Source: a virus
Length of the DNA stretch: 64,000 nt
IMG/VR virus record: IMGVR_UViG_3300018057_000010
Location: 15,138-79,137 of that record
Strand: one strand, 5' to 3'
Every line of letters begins with the position of its first letter. The first letter of the stretch is position 1. Below, piece after piece: positions 62,098-64,000 of the stretch. The notes under the pieces are model-generated. The model had not been told where the DNA came from. It was given only the letters and a program-made list of their open reading frames with translations, and made no database searches. Made by a program: the position numbers and the translations under genes.

Positions 62098-62412
62098 GCC
62101 TGCAACATCTACCAACCGAAGTCTGCAACCCGATCCATACCGCGTTCCACAATATCTATGCGTCTGCAACCCAGGATCATAAGTACGCCGCTCGTCTGCA
62201 ATACGGAATCAAAAAGCTACGCCTGCAACTCACTCTTACTCTAGCTCGGTAGTCTGCAACTAGAAACTGCACGGAAGAATACGTTTTGTCCCTGTAGCCC
62301 TGCCTGCTTTCTCGGTAGCCTGCAACCGTCATCAATAACGCACACTCGATTTATCCCTAGCCTGCAACGCGAATTATTTCCTGAGATGCCAAGCCGTTCT
62401 CTAGCCTGCAAT
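62098..62412 (-). CRISPR. Array F: one full 36-nt repeat among truncated and minimal repeats
   Basis: Full repeat 62291-62326, 16-nt repeat 62245-62260 with a 30-nt spacer, 12-nt forms at 62357 and 62401, 9-nt forms at 62098-62229. Confidence 0.75.
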
Positions 62413-62439
62413 CTCTACACCGACACTGTTCCCTCCTTC

Positions 62440-62634
62440 AAACAGAACGGCGTCCCGAAGGACGCCGTTCTCAGGTTGCGCACGCGCATTGCCTGTTCGT
62501 ATAAAAATATACATGTTGCCGACTAGCGAATAGCTTTACTCTTTTTGCAGACTGGCTTTCAGATCTCGTGTTTCCCTGAGACTCGCGGATAGATCCACTT
62601 TCCGTGCTCCCGGTTCGTGTTTGCAGACTAGCTG
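62440..62634 (-). ncRNA. tracrRNA-like gene 1 (anti-repeat TCGCTAGTCGGCAAC)
   Basis: 14/15 complementary to GTTGCAGACTAGCGA; followed by stem-loops and AGAACGGCGTCC-TTCG-GGACGCCGTTCT. Confidence 0.8.
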
Positions 62635-62640
62635 AGATTG

Positions 62641-62669
62641 ATAATCCCAAATCTTCGATTCCATGTCAA
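62641..62669 (-). promoter_or_regulatory. Promoter of tracr-like 1, TTGACA-N17-GATTAT
   Basis: Perfect -35; upstream direct repeat TTTTTTACACAGTTCGTT x2. Confidence 0.65.
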
Positions 62670-62777
62670 GTATATTTTTTACACAGTTCGTTGTTTTTTT
62701 TACACAGTTCGTTCTATGGTTTGTAAAATTGACTGCAATACGAGAGATACCAGCTGTGAGCAAGAGTTGATGAATGG

Positions 62778-63353
62778 GTTGCAGCTTGGCTCGGGCACTG
62801 CTTCGATTGCAGACGCGAAGCTAACGGCGACGAGGCAGATGGTTGCAGATTGGCAAAAAGACAGGTTTAGCGGCCAGACTCAATTGCAGACTAGCGAGAA
62901 GGTGCAGTCTACGCGCTAAGAAATGCAAACCATTCCCGTTGCAGACTACCGAGAAGGCAGGATTACAGGAGTTTGATGGCGTGCCGGTATTGCAGGCTAG
63001 CAAGAAAGCAGGGCTACAGGATGTCAAGAACTTGGAATCCCGATCTCCAAGTTGCAGACTAACGAGAAGGCAGGCTGAGCTACAGGGGCGCGTGTATGTC
63101 AGATATGAGCCAATTTGTTGCAGACTACCGAGAAAGCGAGATGGGCTACAGGAAGCGAGCGGGAGGGTACCTCTGGCCGATAGTTGCAGACTACCGAGAA
63201 AGCAGGCTGGTTACAGGGAATTTCTTGAACCGGATTATCGCGATCTCGTTGCAGGCTAGCGAGAGAACAAGGCAGGGCCATAGGGACGTTGAGCGTGGTA
63301 TTACCACTGACGTAGCTGGTAGAACTTATTCGCTTCTTCCTCGTTGCAGAACC
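62778..63353 (+). CRISPR. Array G: same repeat family, opposite orientation, 30-nt spacers
   Basis: Repeats at 62938, 62989, 63051, 63117, 63183, 63248; degenerate copies at 62778-62915 and 63343. Confidence 0.85.
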
Positions 63354-63544
63354 ATCCATCTACGTCGTGAATCATGGTGGACTTATCTCGAACAGTTCCA
63401 CATAAAGTACACTTGTGTTTGCTGGAGAACCATTGCGGAAACAGAAATTCGAGCATTTTTTGCATGGCGAAGCTCTTTCTAAGTTGGATCGTGTTACCAC
63501 TCAGATAAAAATGATTCTTTTCTGGATGATTGTCAAGAGGATTA

Positions 63545-63994
63545 TCTCGCTAATCTGCAACGCTTCCGGACACTCAGGCTCACGTGAAGACCCGTGTTGC
63601 AACAAACCCATCGTCTCTCGCTAGTCTGCAACATGACAGATGGGCACTCAGACTCACTTCAGAGCAGGGTCGCAACAAACCCATCGCCTCTCGCTAGTCT
63701 GCAACATGACAGATGGGCACTCAGACTCACTTCAGAGCAGGGTCGCAACAAACCCATCGCCTCTCGCTAGTCTGCAACCCTGAACGCTGAGCGAGCCGAC
63801 CCAGCTGTCGAAGTTACAGCAAACCCATCATCTCTCGCTAGTCTGCAACCATTGGCAAGCTGGTAGAACTCGGCGGCAGCCCGTGGTTACAGCAAACCCA
63901 TCATCTCTCGCTAGCCTGCAACGCCGGATTCCTTTCGAAGCTTTCGACTCACATTGGGTTACAGCAAACCCATCATCTCTCGCTAGCCTGCAAC
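63545..63994 (-). CRISPR. Array H: 37-nt repeat GTTGCAGACTAGCGAGAGATGATGGGTTTGCTGTAAC, 34-36-nt spacers (may continue past the window)
   Basis: Repeats at 63596, 63669, 63742, 63813, 63886, 63958 and a partial one ending at 63561; one spacer duplicated. Confidence 0.92.
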
Positions 63995-64000
63995 ACATCG

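Noticed and set aside
63314-63326. AGCTGGTAGAACT shared with array H spacer 63850-63885
   Set aside because: Short, opposite crRNA orientation, cannot be distinguished from chance

Overview
This window is a ~64 kb slice of a large temperate, tailed phage or prophage (about 55% GC by eye; host not determinable from sequence). Most genes are on the minus strand. From left to right it carries: terminase large and probable small subunits; a GH108 lysozyme, a macrodomain protein and many small hypotheticals; an early-type region with a repeated promoter/hairpin/RBS cassette, interrupted by an IS66 (8-bp TSD, tnpB with a nonsense codon); a resolvase; two signal-peptide-bearing tail-fibre-like genes; a replication/recombination block (DnaB-like helicase, C5 methyltransferase with an overprinted second frame, large serine recombinase, initiator with iterons, ACP, exonuclease, KTSC, RecT/Bet); a vWA gene, tRNA-Arg(TCT) and a circularly permuted tRNA-like (YrlA-like) RNA. 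The standout is a CRISPR module with no cas1/cas2 in view. An intact 1067-aa type II-C-like Cas9 has lost key catalytic residues in both RuvC and HNH (a natural dCas9). It is flanked by two paralogous tracrRNA-like genes with an 81/82-nt identical scaffold but different anti-repeats. There are three conventional arrays in two repeat families and at least five dispersed intergenic 'micro-arrays' whose repeat is reduced to ~8-9 nt (GTTGCAGG[T]), the motif complementary to the second tracr's anti-repeat. The working inference is a phage-encoded, multiplexed RNA-guided DNA-binding or regulatory system. All family assignments come from motif recognition by eye; no database searches or folding programs were run.
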